Origin: Streptomyces phage Tomas
DNA length: 24,000 bases
Strand: one strand, 5' to 3'
Sequence record: OL829978.1
Shown in pieces: positions 22,849 through 24,000 of the stretch. The position numbers and the translations under genes are program-made. The notes beneath the pieces are model-generated. The model was not told where the DNA came from. It made no database searches and was given only the letters and a program-made list of their open reading frames with translations. Every line of letters begins with the position of its first letter. The first letter of the stretch is position 1.

Positions 22849-22904
22849 ATTTTTAGTCGGCAGCCAATTTGAATGACTTTTTAGTCACGAACAGATTTTT
22901 AGTC
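22849..22904 (+). repeat. three copies of TTTTTAGTC
   Basis: Copies ending at 22858, 22886 and 22904. Confidence 0.8.
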
Positions 22905-23527
22905 ATTGCACAAAAGGCCCGGCGAGAAAGATTCCCCCATCATCTATAAGACCTATAATCCCTATACCTTCAATCACTGCATATGCAATCAACTAGATAG
23001 ACTCGGAGTCTGTCAATGCAGTTGTGGCATAGCATAAAAAGAGAACGAGCAGAGAGACACAATCAATATAAACAACGCTTAGAAGGGCACACAGCGCCTT
23101 GTAGATGGCAGTATGCAGCATGGTTAGTGAAGATATGTATTAGAAAAAGATCTATAATGATGTCAGCAGACACTAACTTTTAGATAGTGTGTAATGATTG
23201 GGGTATACATGCCAGTCTTAATAAGCATATTTCCTCACATTCATAGGTCACACAGTCATTCAGCCTGCATATCGCAGCCAATCTAATCAAACAGCCTTCG
23301 ATTCTACTAATTCAAGGTGTCATGCAGCCTGTTAAAACCATCAATTATCGCCCCAAAACCTCCAAAAACTAGCAGAAATGGCCCAAAAACCATAGAAAAC
23401 ACGGTATTATCCCCAAATTTAGCAGCCTTTCGTAAATGGCCCTCGATATCAGCCTTTGAATGCCAGGTTTAACAGCCATATTCTCCTTTGATCTGTCAGT
23501 CATAGTATCATGATCGTTTATTGGTCA

Positions 23528-23730
23528 TATAGGGGAAATTGACACCCCGCTATGCAGCCTGACTATTCAATCTGCTATACAGCCTAAGTGGTTGTTGCCT
23601 ATATAGGGGAAAAGCACACCCTTGTATTGGTTGTCTCTTATAGGGGGTATTGAACATATAGGCAAGAAGGGGACTATCGCCACCGGGCCTATAATGCATA
23701 CATAGGTTGTCAGTCTCTTATAGGGAAAAA
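23528..23730 (+). repeat. TATAGGG(G)(AAA) repeats
   Basis: TATAGGGGAAA 23528-23538 and 23602-23612; TATAGGGGG 23639-23647; TATAGGGAAAAA 23719-23730; the last two preceded by GGTTGTC..TCT. Confidence 0.75.
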
Positions 23731-23734
23731 GAAG

Positions 23735-23768
23735 ACCCGCCTCCACAATCGGAGACGGGTTATTTTTA
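23735..23768 (+). terminator. terminator-like hairpin inside the noncoding region
   Basis: ACCCG-C-CTCC-ACAATC-GGAG-A-CGGGT followed by TATTTTTA; the minus side is also followed by a T-rich CTTCTTTTTC. Confidence 0.7.
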
Positions 23769-24000
23769 TGACATCGTAAGACAGCCAGATTATTCAACTA
23801 TGCTGGTCGGCCAGGGTAGTCAGCCAAATTATGCAGCCATCGTAAAACCCCGGATATTTCAGCCCATTCGTAAAGCGGTCAAATCCCCCGGATATTTTGG
23901 CCCTATCGTAAAGGCGCTAAAATCGGACATGATGGACAAATGCATAGATGTACTGGGAATCATTGAAGTTAGTTAGAGTAAGTAATCGACCGGGCCGGTC

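Larger units (their letters stand above)
23262..23866 (+). repeat. strand-biased CAGCC reiteration region
   Basis: About 13 CAGCC copies on + strand (for example GCAGCCAAT, ACAGCCTTC, TGCAGCCTG, TATGCAGCC) and none seen as GGCTG on the + strand in the same span. Confidence 0.7.
23425..23912 (+). repeat. GCC(C)nnTCGTAAA repeats, two followed or preceded by CCCCGGATATTT
   Basis: GCCTTTCGTAAA 23425-23436; GCCATCGTAAA 23836-23846; GCCCATTCGTAAA 23862-23874; GCCCTATCGTAAA 23900-23912; CCCCGGATATTT 23848-23859 and 23886-23897. Confidence 0.8.

Noticed and set aside
23567-23797. 76 aa minus-strand ORF
   Set aside because: Composed of the repeat and terminator sequence, no domain; likely chance.
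22849-23912. CRISPR array interpretation of the repeats
   Set aside because: Repeats are 5-13 nt, irregularly spaced, with no uniform repeat-spacer periodicity and no cas genes.
23707-23976. 89 aa + strand ORF in the repeat region
   Set aside because: Crosses a terminator hairpin; repeat copies are in different frames; no ribosome-binding context.
1-24000. Integrase, transposase, IS or restriction-modification system
   Set aside because: No recombinase, DDE transposase, methylase or nuclease motif set recognised in any supplied translation.
1-24000. rRNA genes
   Set aside because: No rRNA-like conserved segments recognised.

Overview
This 24 kb window reads as the accessory or early region of a large, tRNA-encoding actinobacteriophage. 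All convincing genes are on the + strand, tightly packed, with many ATGA/TGATG overlaps. A Streptomyces-type host is inferred from the WhiB protein, a DUF7455-like protein and low-GC early-gene architecture; it is not proven. Recognisable proteins are a partial GNAT-like acetyltransferase, HIT-family hydrolase, nucleotidyltransferase-type RNA ligase, polynucleotide kinase/phosphatase, SprT-like metallopeptidase, cytidine/dCMP deaminase-like enzyme, rIIA-like GHKL ATPase with adjacent rIIB-like protein, metallophosphoesterase, WhiB-like regulator, KTSC-domain protein, thioredoxin-like protein, NADAR-domain protein and a lipoprotein. Many small zinc-finger, membrane or unknown ORFs fill the rest. 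I recognise seven tRNA-type genes (including one with a roughly 61-nt insertion in its anticodon loop) plus one D-arm-less tRNA-like element. About ten sigma70-like promoters share the pattern TTGACA-17/18-TAGnnT, several with the -35 overlapping the upstream stop codon. The last 1.2 kb (about 22.80-24.00 kb) lacks convincing genes. It contains strand-biased CAGCC reiterations, GCC..TCGTAAA repeats, TATAGGG(G) repeats and TTTTTAGTC repeats, and looks like an undescribed cis-acting region or structured RNA locus. All calls come from reading the sequence; no database search was run.
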